A stretch of DNA of 31,357 bases, from positions 1-31,357 of the forward strand of contig JAVBUP010000003.1 in assembly GCA_031555175.1 (NCBI GenBank), read 5' to 3'. Position numbers and translations under genes: made by a program. How positions within the stretch are numbered: the stretch's first letter is position 1; each line of letters opens with the position of its first letter. Positions 1 to 9,123 of the stretch are shown here, one piece after another. The notes beneath the pieces were generated by a model, which was given only the letters and a program-made list of their open reading frames with translations, was not told the DNA's origin and ran no database searches. The DNA comes from Coprobacillaceae bacterium (lineage in GTDB: Bacteria > Bacillota_I > Bacilli_A > Erysipelotrichales > Coprobacillaceae).

Positions 1-167
1 ATTTATAGTTGGGTTATCGTTTATAATAATCATGGTGATTCAAGTCCTTTCTATGATTGTTGTGGTAAACTAATTATAGTACTTGGATCACTTTTTGTTT
101 ATATTTAATTTTTGTTTCACATCTATTGTAAACTTACAACAATAATCGAGTAAAATTAATATTTTAT

Positions 168-196
168 TTGAATTATAGTTATAGGTGTGTTATAAT
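168..196 (+). promoter_or_regulatory. Sigma-A-type promoter upstream of tRNA-Lys: -35 TTGAAT (168-173), 17-nt spacer, -10 TATAAT (191-196)
   Basis: Near-consensus hexamers with canonical spacing ~20 nt upstream of the tRNA 5' end. Confidence 0.5.
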
Positions 197-214
197 CACT
201 AATGCACCAAAAAT

Positions 215-290
215 GGACTGTTAGCTCAGTTGGTAGAGCAATCGACTCTTAATCGATGGGTCTGGAGTTCGAGCCTCCAACGGTCCACCA
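215..290 (+). tRNA. tRNA-Lys (anticodon CUU), 76 nt, encoded CCA end
   Basis: Hand-folded cloverleaf: acceptor GGACTGT/ACGGTCC (one G.U), D-arm GCTC/GAGC, anticodon stem ATCGA/TCGAT with loop CTCTTAA (CTT), T-arm TGGAG-TTCGAGC-CTCCA, 3' CCA. Confidence 0.9.
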
Positions 291-299
291 ATATGCAAT

Positions 300-335
300 A
301 AAACACTGATTTAATCAGTGTTTTTTATTTTTTTC
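300..335 (+). terminator. Rho-independent terminator after tRNA (stem aaaacactgat / atcagtgtttt, loop tta, then T-run)
   Basis: 11-bp perfect inverted repeat followed by TTATTTTTTT. Confidence 0.7.
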
Positions 336-605
336 TTATTTGGGTTACGAATAGGTTACGAGGTTTTCTAACTTTTTCGTTTATGTATAGGATTATTTAG
401 TATATCTAGTCTCTTTTCTATATCTTCATTAGATGAATGAATGTAGTGCTTCATTACCATTTCCACTATATATTATAGATACATATGATTAATGAAAATA
501 AATTTTATGTTGTTTTTAACTAAAACATTTATTAAAATACTATTTTTATTTTCTGACCAAAATAGCACTAAAAAAACAACCATCATTTATGATAGTTGCT
601 CTTTT

Positions 606-860
606 TTATGGTTTATGGCTCTCAATAAACCAACGATCTTTTTCTAAGTATATATTTCTTTCTCCATGTTTTTCTACCCTGCAGCGATAGAGAATTCCAG
701 CTCCTCCAACTGGGGAGAATGCTTTACGTACTTCAAGTACTTTATCTACTTTATATCTAACATTATTATCCCAAACTATATATAGGGGAGTGACTTCTCC
801 ATTTTTTCCAACTAAGGTAATCATACGTACATAACGTTTATATAGTTGAATATTACTCAT
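606..860 (-). CDS. Small protein (84 aa) translationally coupled downstream of the UmuC-like gene; YolD-like / SOS-cassette accessory protein (tentative)
   Basis: ORF start ATG overlaps the UmuC stop (TAATG). Position and size match yolD/yqjX-type partners of UmuC homologues in Firmicutes. No strong motif recognised. Confidence 0.4.
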   Translation of the reverse strand: MSNIQLYKRYVRMITLVGKNGEVTPLYIVWDNNVRYKVDKVLEVRKAFSPVGGAGILYRCRVEKHGERNIYLEKDRWFIESHKP

Positions 861-2107
861 TAATGATAAAATCCAACTGGATGTATAGTATGATCACCTT
901 TAGGATTGAAGTCGGTTAATGGAGAGTCTTGTAAGAGAACACAACGCTTAATTGCATCAAAGCCAAATCTGCCACGGATATAATCCATTGCTAGATCGAT
1001 TTTACGATCCTTCATTCTTTGTTCGGGATCTACAAATAAATTTACTTGGCAGCCACTTCCTTCTGGAACAAGGGATGAGACTGTTACATTAATACTTCTT
1101 AGTGAAGTATTGGAAGTCCAACTTTCTTTTAATAATGAAACTACAGTTTGCATAATTTCTTTACTAGTGTTTGTATGTTCTTCTAACTTTCTTTGATGAG
1201 ATACCCATTTCAAATCTGTATCGCGAAGAGAAATACTTATAACATTACCTTTTTGACCATTATCTTTTAATCTAGATGCTACAGATTCAGCTAAGACATA
1301 GAAGACCATCTTAGCATCTTCAAAGGTATCAATATTATGCACAGCGGTAACGCCATTACCTACAGACTTTGCTGCTCGTTTAAAAGTAGACATATTTACT
1401 TCAGTTATATCTAAGCCTCTAGCAAAACAATGTATTAATTCACCTTGTTTGCCTAATACCTTACGCATATAGTCAGCAGTTCTAGCTGCGAGGTCACCAA
1501 TCGTAAATATATCAATTTTATTTAATTTTTCTTTTGTGGCAGGACCTACATATAATAAATCTTCTACCGGTAACGGATAAACAGTTTGCTCTAGATTTTC
1601 TTCAGTAATGACTGTAAGCCCACTTGGCTTAACCATATCTGATCCTAACTTAGCAAATACTTTATTATAGGAAACACCAATGGAAATGGTTAAACCAATC
1701 TCATTATAGACACGATTCTGTATTTCCCTGGCAATATCGACAGGATCCCCGAATAAAGATTGACATTCTGTGACATCAATCCAAGCTTCATCTAATCCAA
1801 AAGACTCTACTTTATCAGTATATTCACGATAAATATCTTTAACTTGTTCTGTATAATAAACATAATCATTAGTAGAAGGAGATATACAAACTAGATTTGG
1901 ACATTTTTTAATTGCATCTCGTACTGGTTCGGCAGTTTTTATATTAAATGGCTTAGCCAATAAATTTCTGGCTAGAATAATGCCATGTCTTTTTTCTTCA
2001 TTTCCACCGACTGCCATAGGCACTGTTTTTAAAACTGGATTCTTCATTTCTTCTATTTGTGCAAAACAATGATTAATATCACAATGTAGAATAGCTCTTT
2101 TCCACAT
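860..2107 (-). CDS. Y-family translesion DNA polymerase, UmuC-type (415 aa)
   Basis: N-terminus AILHCDINHCFAQIE...VPMAVGG matches the UmuC/DinB catalytic-core signature (CDVN-type). SD GGTGGTGAG upstream on the minus strand. Divergent from a LexA-like repressor gene. Confidence 0.85.
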   Translation of the reverse strand: MWKRAILHCDINHCFAQIEEMKNPVLKTVPMAVGGNEEKRHGIILARNLLAKPFNIKTAEPVRDAIKKCPNLVCISPSTNDYVYYTEQVKDIYREYTDKVESFGLDEAWIDVTECQSLFGDPVDIAREIQNRVYNEIGLTISIGVSYNKVFAKLGSDMVKPSGLTVITEENLEQTVYPLPVEDLLYVGPATKEKLNKIDIFTIGDLAARTADYMRKVLGKQGELIHCFARGLDITEVNMSTFKRAAKSVGNGVTAVHNIDTFEDAKMVFYVLAESVASRLKDNGQKGNVISISLRDTDLKWVSHQRKLEEHTNTSKEIMQTVVSLLKESWTSNTSLRSINVTVSSLVPEGSGCQVNLFVDPEQRMKDRKIDLAMDYIRGRFGFDAIKRCVLLQDSPLTDFNPKGDHTIHPVGFYH

Positions 2108-2143
2108 AATCTCACCACCTGTGAGCCTATTATAAAACGCTTT

Positions 2144-2170
2144 GTTGCATAAATCAATAGATTATGCAAC
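2144..2170. promoter_or_regulatory. Operator-like perfect inverted repeat GTTGCATAA-N9-TTATGCAAC
   Basis: 9-bp arms are exact reverse complements. Located in the divergent umuC / repressor intergenic region. Confidence 0.5.
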
Positions 2171-2204
2171 AAACTTAAAAATATTTTTGATTACTATACA
2201 CATA

Positions 2205-2232
2205 GTTGCATATGTGCTATAATAAATGCAAC
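2205..2232. promoter_or_regulatory. Second operator-like repeat GTTGCAT-N14-ATGCAAC overlapping an extended -10 (TGCTATAAT) of the repressor gene
   Basis: Same half-sites as 2144-2170. Embeds TGnTATAAT at ~2215-2223, which suggests autoregulation. Confidence 0.5.
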
Positions 2233-2240
2233 GAGGTGAT

Positions 2241-2843
2241 ATGATGGAATTGAAAGACTTAATTCGTGAATATCAAAATAAGAATGGTGTGAGCGCTAGT
2301 TATATCGCTGAGCAATTAGGAGTTACTCGCTCTACTGTAGCTAGGTGGCTTTCTGGCGATGTCAAGAAAGTACAGGGAGCAGTAAAAGAAAAAATTGATA
2401 CATTATTAGGTTATGATATTGATGTGGTGTTAAATGGTACAGTACTAGAATTTAAAAAACCAATTTTAGGATACGCTAAAGCTGGCTATGATATGTTTGC
2501 TCAAGAAAACTTTTTAGGATATGAGGAAGTAACTTATGAATATTCTAAAAAAGGTGACTATTATTTAAAAATAGTCGGAGATTCAATGACTGGGGCAAGG
2601 ATCCATGATGGAGATTTAGTCTACGTTAAACAATGCCAAGATGTAAACAATGGCGATATTGCAGTAGTTTTAATTGGTGATGATGAAGTCACTGTTAAAA
2701 GGATTCAAAGAAAAAATGATCTATTAATCTTAGAAGCTGCTAATCCCGATGTAGAGAATCGTTATTTTAGTTTAAAAGATGTAGAAGATATACCAGTAAG
2801 AATTATTGGTAAAGTTCTATATTCAAAGACAGTATTTGAATAA
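2241..2843 (+). CDS. LexA-like SOS repressor of the HTH_XRE + S24 peptidase type (HdiR-like)
   Basis: N-terminal HTH (SYIAEQLGVTRSTVARWLSG). C-terminal S24 signature GDSM(TG) Ser and downstream VKR Lys. The ORF-track start at 2226 lies inside the operator, and SD GAGGTG at 2233-2238 favours ATG 2241/2244. Confidence 0.8.
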   Translation: MMELKDLIREYQNKNGVSASYIAEQLGVTRSTVARWLSGDVKKVQGAVKEKIDTLLGYDIDVVLNGTVLEFKKPILGYAKAGYDMFAQENFLGYEEVTYEYSKKGDYYLKIVGDSMTGARIHDGDLVYVKQCQDVNNGDIAVVLIGDDEVTVKRIQRKNDLLILEAANPDVENRYFSLKDVEDIPVRIIGKVLYSKTVFE

Positions 2844-2959
2844 TATAATTAATCATCATTTTAATGATAGTTTTGTTTATAACAAAATTGTCATTTTTTG
2901 TTGAATGAATTGAAATTGTAACATATCTATGATAGTGTTTTATACTAAGAGGTGGCTTT

Positions 2960-4459
2960 ATGAGAAAGAAATTTAGTAAATACATTGGTTTTACCTTTAT
3001 ATTTATTGCAATATTTATAGTAATAGGAACTATATGGCTCTTTACCTCATTTGGTAAATTGACATTAGAGCAATGCTTATCTGTAATTATTGCTCCACAA
3101 ACTGGAGCAGATACTTCAGCATACTTTAACTTTATCTATCAAGCGCTAATCCCCATAATTGTTTTAGCGATAGTATTTCATTTACCAATTTGGAAGCACG
3201 AACGATTTATAGAGAATACACAGAAGCTTAAATATCATAATCAAATTAGTAAAGTAGTATTATTTATTCGAAGAAATTATGTTAGAGTAGCTAGTTTTCT
3301 ATTAACTTTGGCTATAGCATTTGGGTTACAGCAATATGAAGTTATTGCTTTCGTAAAAACACAACTGCAAGTATCTACTTTTATAGAAGAAAACTATGTA
3401 GATCCAGCTAAGGTAAATCTAACTTTTCCAGATGAACAAAGAAACTTAATTATGATTTATTTAGAGTCTACAGAAAGTACCTATGGGTCAGTTGCAGAAG
3501 GTGGAGCGTTACAAGAGAGTTTAATACCTAATCTTAATTCATTAGCCGCTAATAATATTAGTTTTTCATCTAGTGAGAAATTAACTGGAGCAGCAGCTAT
3601 AAAAGGTACAACTTGGACTATTGCAGCCTTAACTGCTTATACCTCAGGGCTTCCGACTAAACTAGTATTAGAAGAAAGCGCGGATGATGAGTATGATGCA
3701 TTTATGCCTGGAGCTTATACTATAGGAGATATTTTAGAGGCGCAAGGCTATAATCAAATGTTTATGTGTGGTTCTGATGCAGATTTTGGATCTAGAAGAC
3801 AATATTTTACTGAACATGGTAACTATCAAATTTGGGATTATAACATAGCTATTGAAGAAGGAAAGATAGATGAAGATTATCATGTATGGTGGGGATTTGA
3901 AGATAGTAAACTGTATGAATACGCTAAAGAACAACTTACGTATCTTGCTTCACTTAATGAACCGTTTAATTTTAATCTATTAACAGTAGATACTCACTTC
4001 CCAGATGGTTATTTAGATGAAAATGCTGGCGATGAATACGATGAACAGTATGCTAATGTTATTAAATTCTCTGATCAACAATTAGGAGAATTCATGTCAT
4101 GGATTAAAGAGCAATCTTTTTATGACAACACTACAATTGTCATTGTTGGTGATCATCTATCTATGGATCAAACATTCTTTACTAATAATGTTGATGAATT
4201 CTATGATCGTACAATTTATAATGCTATCATTAATTCAGCAGTTAGCACATCTAATATTAAGAATAGAATATTCTCTACAATGGATTACTATCCAACTATT
4301 CTAGCTAGCTTAGGTATAGAAATAGATGGAGATCGTCTAGGGCTAGGCACGAATTTATTCTCTAATACTGGAACACTTCTAGAAAAATATTCAATTGAAT
4401 ATGTTAATGAGGAAATATCAAAGAAGTCAGTATTTTATAACGAAGAATTATTTCGGTAG
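2960..4459 (+). CDS. LtaS-family / sulfatase-domain membrane protein (phosphoglycerol- or phosphoethanolamine-transferase-like), 499 aa
   Basis: Three N-terminal TM helices followed by a large extracytoplasmic alkaline-phosphatase-superfamily-like domain. SD AGAGGTGG upstream. Confidence 0.55.
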   Translation: MRKKFSKYIGFTFIFIAIFIVIGTIWLFTSFGKLTLEQCLSVIIAPQTGADTSAYFNFIYQALIPIIVLAIVFHLPIWKHERFIENTQKLKYHNQISKVVLFIRRNYVRVASFLLTLAIAFGLQQYEVIAFVKTQLQVSTFIEENYVDPAKVNLTFPDEQRNLIMIYLESTESTYGSVAEGGALQESLIPNLNSLAANNISFSSSEKLTGAAAIKGTTWTIAALTAYTSGLPTKLVLEESADDEYDAFMPGAYTIGDILEAQGYNQMFMCGSDADFGSRRQYFTEHGNYQIWDYNIAIEEGKIDEDYHVWWGFEDSKLYEYAKEQLTYLASLNEPFNFNLLTVDTHFPDGYLDENAGDEYDEQYANVIKFSDQQLGEFMSWIKEQSFYDNTTIVIVGDHLSMDQTFFTNNVDEFYDRTIYNAIINSAVSTSNIKNRIFSTMDYYPTILASLGIEIDGDRLGLGTNLFSNTGTLLEKYSIEYVNEEISKKSVFYNEELFR

Positions 4460-4687
4460 AAGATAGGTAAAACTATTTTCTTTTTTATTATTATAGTAAT
4501 AAATAGAATATATTAGTGTATAATACATAAAATTTATTATATTAATATATCTTTTCAGCATTTTAATGATAAAATGACTTAAAAATTACATTGAAAATCT
4601 AAAATATTCTATTTTATTATCAAAATATTGAATATTTTACTATAAAATGCTAAAATAATATTGAATTGAAAATGAAGGGGTGAGATT

Positions 4688-5893
4688 ATGGAATATATCT
4701 CTATGTATAAAAAGTTTTTTAATAAAGATATAGATTTTCAAAAGACTTATGACTTATATTTTAATGGTGAAAATGCTATTAAATTTGATTTTTATATAGG
4801 TGAGTGGCAAGCGTTTTTATATGTTAACCCAGAATTATTATCACTTATTGAGGACATTTTCTATTTGGATAAGGCAATCGTAGAAATAATAGAAAATAGA
4901 CTTCCTAGCCCAGCTAAGGCCTGGGTATTAACAAATACCTTAATTAATGAAATTAGAATGACTAATGAAATAGAGGGCATTGCAAGTACTAGAAAACAAA
5001 TTGCAGAATTACTAGGAGTAACAGATAAAAAAAATAGTAGATTTTATGGTTTAGTTAGTAAGTATGTATTGATGATTAAAAATAAAATTGTTATCAAAAA
5101 CAGCGAGTCCATTAGAGACTTATTTAATGATGTTCTTTTAAGAGATATTGAGAATGAAAATCATAATAACTTGCCAGATGGTAAAATATTTAGAAAGGAT
5201 ATAGTAGAAGTTTTATCTGGGGGCAAAGAAATCCATAGAGGGATCTATGATGAATCTAAAATAATTGATTATATGGATAGGTCATTGAAGATTTTGAATG
5301 ATGAAAATATACCATTATTAATAAGGGTTCCCGTTTTTCATTATTTGTTTGGATATATTCATCCTTTTTATGATGGTAACGGCAGAATGTCTAGATTGAT
5401 TAGTAGTGCTTATTTAAATCACAAATTAGATATAATTACTTCTTTGCAAGTATCAATTAGTTGTAAAAGTGAGCAAAAAAAATATTATGAACTTTTTAAA
5501 ACTACTAATGATATAAGGAATCGTGGAGATTTAACATATTTTGTAATAGGATTTTTAGAAATACTTAAAAACGGAATGGATGATTTATATATTAATATTA
5601 GTGATAAATCTGAAGAATGTGATTACTATTGGGAGCTTATACACAAACTAGATTATGATAAGAAGATACAAGAAATATTAACCCAATTGTTAATAATAAC
5701 ATTGTTTGATACTGGTAAAATTACTATTCAAGAATTAAGTGATAGTTGTAAAATAAATCAAGCGACAATGAGGAAATATCTATTTAAAATTATAGAAGAT
5801 GGTATTGTTGATATTAATAAAGACGGAAAAACAAAATACTACTCATTGAATTTAGATATGTTAGATAAATCTTTTGAAATGATAAATAAATAG
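4688..5893 (+). CDS. Fic/Doc family protein (putative AMPylase) with an N-terminal inhibitory motif and a C-terminal winged-HTH-like tail
   Basis: Canonical Fic motif HPFYDGNGR(MSRL) at 5360-5386. Inhibitory-helix motif TNEIEG (TxxxEG) at 4961-4978. SD GAAGGGGTG. Confidence 0.85.
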   Translation: MEYISMYKKFFNKDIDFQKTYDLYFNGENAIKFDFYIGEWQAFLYVNPELLSLIEDIFYLDKAIVEIIENRLPSPAKAWVLTNTLINEIRMTNEIEGIASTRKQIAELLGVTDKKNSRFYGLVSKYVLMIKNKIVIKNSESIRDLFNDVLLRDIENENHNNLPDGKIFRKDIVEVLSGGKEIHRGIYDESKIIDYMDRSLKILNDENIPLLIRVPVFHYLFGYIHPFYDGNGRMSRLISSAYLNHKLDIITSLQVSISCKSEQKKYYELFKTTNDIRNRGDLTYFVIGFLEILKNGMDDLYINISDKSEECDYYWELIHKLDYDKKIQEILTQLLIITLFDTGKITIQELSDSCKINQATMRKYLFKIIEDGIVDINKDGKTKYYSLNLDMLDKSFEMINK

Positions 5894-5907
5894 TTTAAAA
5901 TATTTAG

Positions 5908-5945
5908 GGCAGGAAAATATAAATCCTGTCTTTATTTTGTCTTTT
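5908..5945 (+). terminator. Rho-independent terminator after the fic gene (GGCAGGA / TCCTGTC stem with one G.U, then T-run)
   Basis: Hairpin 5908-5930 followed by TTTATTTTGTCTTT. Confidence 0.5.
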
Positions 5946-6001
5946 AATAATCTATTTTTTCGTGTATAATAACTACGAAGACATCAGAAAGAGGAAAACC
6001 C

Positions 6002-6532
6002 ATGGAAAAACCAGGAATAGGTGAGTTTGTCCTTATTCACAGCTATAAACATGATGGTAATATCCATCGCTGTTGGGACAAAGGTTTAGTTCTTGATGCA
6101 ACTGATGAACATGTAATCGTAATAAACAATAAAACAATGGTAACAGAAGCCGATGGACGGATCTGGTATACAAAAGAACCTGCTATTTGTTATTTTCCAA
6201 CAAATGAGTGGTACAATATCATTTGTATGATAAGAAACACAGGTGTTTATTTTTATTGCAATATAGCATCTCCAACATTGTGGGATGGTCAAGCTTTGAA
6301 ATACATTGATTATGATTTAGACTTAAAAGTCTTTCCAGACTATCGAATGAAAGTATTGGATGAAGATGAATATCGAGTACATAGATTTGAAATGAACTAC
6401 CCATTAGAATTGGATAGTATCCTTCGTGATCAACTCAATGAATTAAAAGAGATGGCTAGATTAAAGAAAGGACCATTTGCAGTTGGTTTTGCTGAGCATT
6501 GGTATGGCAAGTATCTAGAATTAAAGAAATAG
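6002..6532 (+). CDS. DUF402 family nucleoside tri/diphosphatase (YgaC/Ntdp-like), 176 aa
   Basis: Strong resemblance throughout to the Ntdp/YgaC family (HSYKHDGNIHRCW, EADGRIWYTKEPA, YIDYDLDLKVFPD, LDEDEY). SD AGAGGAAAA. Confidence 0.8.
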   Translation: MEKPGIGEFVLIHSYKHDGNIHRCWDKGLVLDATDEHVIVINNKTMVTEADGRIWYTKEPAICYFPTNEWYNIICMIRNTGVYFYCNIASPTLWDGQALKYIDYDLDLKVFPDYRMKVLDEDEYRVHRFEMNYPLELDSILRDQLNELKEMARLKKGPFAVGFAEHWYGKYLELKK

Positions 6533-6537
6533 CAGAG

Positions 6538-6558
6538 ACAGTCATTGACTGTTTTTTG
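6538..6558 (+). terminator. Short terminator hairpin (ACAGTC-att-GACTGT) then TTTTTTG
   Basis: 6-bp stem and T-run directly after the stop codon. Confidence 0.45.
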
Positions 6559-6626
6559 TTTGAAAAAGGGAATCAAAAGATATAAAAAATTAAGTAAATT
6601 GTGGTATTATAGAGATGGTGAAAAAA

Positions 6627-7079
6627 ATGGAATATAAAATAATAACAAAATCAAATATAGAGACAAATGAATTAGCCCTTAAAATAGGTAAAGAGTTATT
6701 TATGGGGGCATTAATCACATTAGAAGGTGATTTAGGAGCTGGTAAAACTACTTTTACTAAAGGGATTGGCGAAGCCTTAGGAGTAAAAAGAATCATTAAC
6801 AGCCCAACCTTTACTATTATGAAGATATATGAAGGAAAACTGCCATTATATCATTTAGATGTTTATCGCTTAGAAGGAAAAAATGAAGAACTAGGATTTG
6901 ATGAATATTTTAATGGTGATGGAGTATGTGTTGTGGAATGGGCCCACTTTATTGAACAAGAATTGCCTGTGAATAGGTTAGAAATAATTATTAGAAATAT
7001 TTCTGAAACAGAAAGAGAATTCAATATCCATCCTATTGGACTTGAATATGAAAACTTATGTAAGAAGGTGTTAGAATGA
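6627..7079 (+). CDS. tsaE: tRNA t6A37 biosynthesis ATPase TsaE (YdiB)
   Basis: P-loop GDLGAGKTTFTKG. Conserved tsaE-tsaB-rimI-tsaD order. SD GGTGA favours ATG 6627 over the track start at 6615. Confidence 0.85.
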   Translation: MEYKIITKSNIETNELALKIGKELFMGALITLEGDLGAGKTTFTKGIGEALGVKRIINSPTFTIMKIYEGKLPLYHLDVYRLEGKNEELGFDEYFNGDGVCVVEWAHFIEQELPVNRLEIIIRNISETEREFNIHPIGLEYENLCKKVLE

Positions 7080-7660
7080 AAACATTAGTACTAGATACTG
7101 CCAATAGTATTATGGCAATTGGATTATATGATAATGATGTATTGCTTGAAAAAAGAGTTATGGCTGGTAATCGTCAACAATCAGAAATGATGCTACCATT
7201 AATTGTGGAACTATGCGCAAATCACCATATTGAAATATTAGATATTAGCAATATTGTGCTAACAATTGGTCCTGGTTCATATACCGGTGTGAGAATTGCG
7301 CTAACATTTGCTAAAACATTAGCGACTGTACATGATGTCAAGATATACCCAGTTTCTAGTTTACAAGCCCTAGTTGGTGATAAGAAAGCAATGTCAGTAT
7401 TAGATGCTAGAAGCAAGAAAGTCTTTGTAGGAGTTTATAACAATAATCAAAAAGTAATAGATGAATGTGTAATTGATATTGCAAATTTTGCTGACTTTAA
7501 AGCTCAATATACTGACTATACTATAGTAGGAGATACAAGTTTGGTAGGAATAGAAAGTGAAGAATGTGACACGTTAGTAGAAAATATGTTTGCAATTGCT
7601 AAACATATTGAACCAGTTGCTTCAGTTCATAACTTAGTACCTACTTACTTAAAGGATTAG
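7076..7660 (+). CDS. tsaB: t6A biosynthesis protein TsaB (YeaZ/YdiC)
   Basis: Kae1/YeaZ-like fold motifs (IGPGSYTGVRI). Start overlaps the tsaE stop (ATGA). Confidence 0.8.
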   Translation: MKTLVLDTANSIMAIGLYDNDVLLEKRVMAGNRQQSEMMLPLIVELCANHHIEILDISNIVLTIGPGSYTGVRIALTFAKTLATVHDVKIYPVSSLQALVGDKKAMSVLDARSKKVFVGVYNNNQKVIDECVIDIANFADFKAQYTDYTIVGDTSLVGIESEECDTLVENMFAIAKHIEPVASVHNLVPTYLKD

Positions 7661-7663
7661 CCT

Positions 7664-8104
7664 ATGGAACTAAGAGAAATGGTTTTTAATGATTTAGATC
7701 AAGTTGTGGTGTTAGAGAATGAACTATTTGCTAGTCCATGGACTAAAGAAAACTTTATTTATGAACTTTGTGAAAATGAGTTTTCTAATAACTATGTATT
7801 AGTAGAAGACAATAAAATAATCGGTTATATTGGGTTTTGGATTACTTTTGATATTTGTCAAATTACTACTCTAGGAATTGCTAAAGAATATCAAGGGCGA
7901 GGATTAAGTTGTATTTTAATGGATAAATGTATAGAAGTAGCTAAACAAAATGAATGTTTTAACATAACATTAGAAGTTAGAGTATCAAATATTGTAGCGC
8001 AAAAATTATATGAAAAATATGGATTTACTAATGCTGCAGTAAGAAAAAATTATTATAGTGATAATGGCGAAGATGCTTATTTAATGTTGAAGATATTGGG
8101 GTGA
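7664..8104 (+). CDS. rimI: GNAT acetyltransferase, RimI-like ribosomal-protein-alanine N-acetyltransferase
   Basis: GNAT motif A ([17 protein letters not shown]). Conserved position between tsaB and tsaD. Confidence 0.75.
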   Translation: MELREMVFNDLDQVVVLENELFASPWTKENFIYELCENEFSNNYVLVEDNKIIGYIGFWITFDICQITTLGIAKEYQGRGLSCILMDKCIEVAKQNECFNITLEVRVSNIVAQKLYEKYGFTNAAVRKNYYSDNGEDAYLMLKILG

Positions 8105-8108
8105 TAAC

Positions 8109-9113
8109 ATGGTATTAATATTAGGAATAGAATCAAGTTGTGATGAAACAGCCATGGCTGTCTTAAAAGATGGTAAAGAACTATTATCGAATATAGTTTC
8201 AAGCCAAATTGATACACACGCTTTATATGGAGGAGTAGTACCAGAAATAGCAAGTCGATTACATGTACAAAATGTATCAGTTGTCTTAGAACAAGCATTG
8301 ACACAAGCAGGAGTAACAATTGATGAGATTGACGCTATTGCAGTAACACAAGGGCCAGGATTAGTCGGATCGTTACATGTAGGATTACAAGCGGCTAAAA
8401 CATTAGCGGCAGCTTTTCATAAGCCGTTAATTGGGGTGCATCATATAGCTGGTCATATCTACGCTAATGCCCTAGTTAAGGAAATTACTTATCCAATGCT
8501 ATCATTGGTTGTATCAGGTGGTCATACTGAACTTGTGTATGTTAAAGATGCTATGCAATTTGAAATAATTGGAACTACATTTGATGATGCAGTTGGAGAA
8601 GCCAATGATAAAGTAGCAAGAGTTTTAAATTTACCATATCCAGGTGGCCCACAAATTGATAAGTTAGCTGCTTTAGGTAAACCTAATTATAAACTTCCTA
8701 AACCACTTGATGATAAGAGTTATAATTTCTCATTTAGTGGCTTAAAATCAGCTGTAATTAATTTAGTACATAACATTAAGCAGAGAAATGAGGAAATAAT
8801 ACCCGAAGATTTATGTTTTGCATTTCAAAATGCTTGGATTGATGTTATTATTAATAAGACAAGAAATGCCGCTAAAGAATATGGAGTAAAGCAAATCTCA
8901 ATAGCTGGTGGAGTAGCTGCTAATAAAGGGCTGCGCACTGCAATGACAGAGATGGTAGAGAAAGATTTACTAGGTACAGATTTGATTTTACCACCTTTAT
9001 GGTGTTGTACAGATAATGCTGCGATGATTGCTATGGCTGGTCATGTAATGCATGAATTAGGACTATCTAGCCCGTTAGATTTAGGAGTGAAACCAGGATT
9101 CGAAATGGAGTGA
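8109..9113 (+). CDS. tsaD: tRNA N6-adenosine threonylcarbamoyltransferase TsaD (Gcp/Kae1)
   Basis: [15 protein letters not shown]-terminus, His-pair motif VHHIAGHI, full length 334 aa. Confidence 0.9.
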   Translation: MVLILGIESSCDETAMAVLKDGKELLSNIVSSQIDTHALYGGVVPEIASRLHVQNVSVVLEQALTQAGVTIDEIDAIAVTQGPGLVGSLHVGLQAAKTLAAAFHKPLIGVHHIAGHIYANALVKEITYPMLSLVVSGGHTELVYVKDAMQFEIIGTTFDDAVGEANDKVARVLNLPYPGGPQIDKLAALGKPNYKLPKPLDDKSYNFSFSGLKSAVINLVHNIKQRNEEIIPEDLCFAFQNAWIDVIINKTRNAAKEYGVKQISIAGGVAANKGLRTAMTEMVEKDLLGTDLILPPLWCCTDNAAMIAMAGHVMHELGLSSPLDLGVKPGFEME

Positions 9114-9123
9114 TAAAGCAACA

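Noticed and set aside
343-361. Tandem GGTTACGA direct repeat 50 bp after tRNA-Lys, considered as an att/arm-type site marking an integrated element
   Set aside because: There is no integrase or recombinase gene anywhere in the window and no second copy of the tRNA 3' end was noticed. Too short to call
2803-2985. Small antisense/overlapping ORFs in the six-frame track (e.g. 2803-2985, 3734-3934, 4122-4304, 6086-6292, 6219-6404, 6590-6796, 7222-7416, 8077-8319, 9041-9268, 9204-9497, 14008-14274, 14538-14729, 15232-15429, 15530-15793, 15657-15872, 16435-16656, 16731-16919, 17082-17318, 20192-20380, 21674-21934, 21832-22023, 22903-23097, 23113-23337, 24959-25210, 26380-26796, 26947-27135, 30268-30516)
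   Set aside because: All lie inside or antisense to much longer ORFs with clear domain content, lack SD sequences, and have low-complexity AT-codon-driven translations. Treated as spurious
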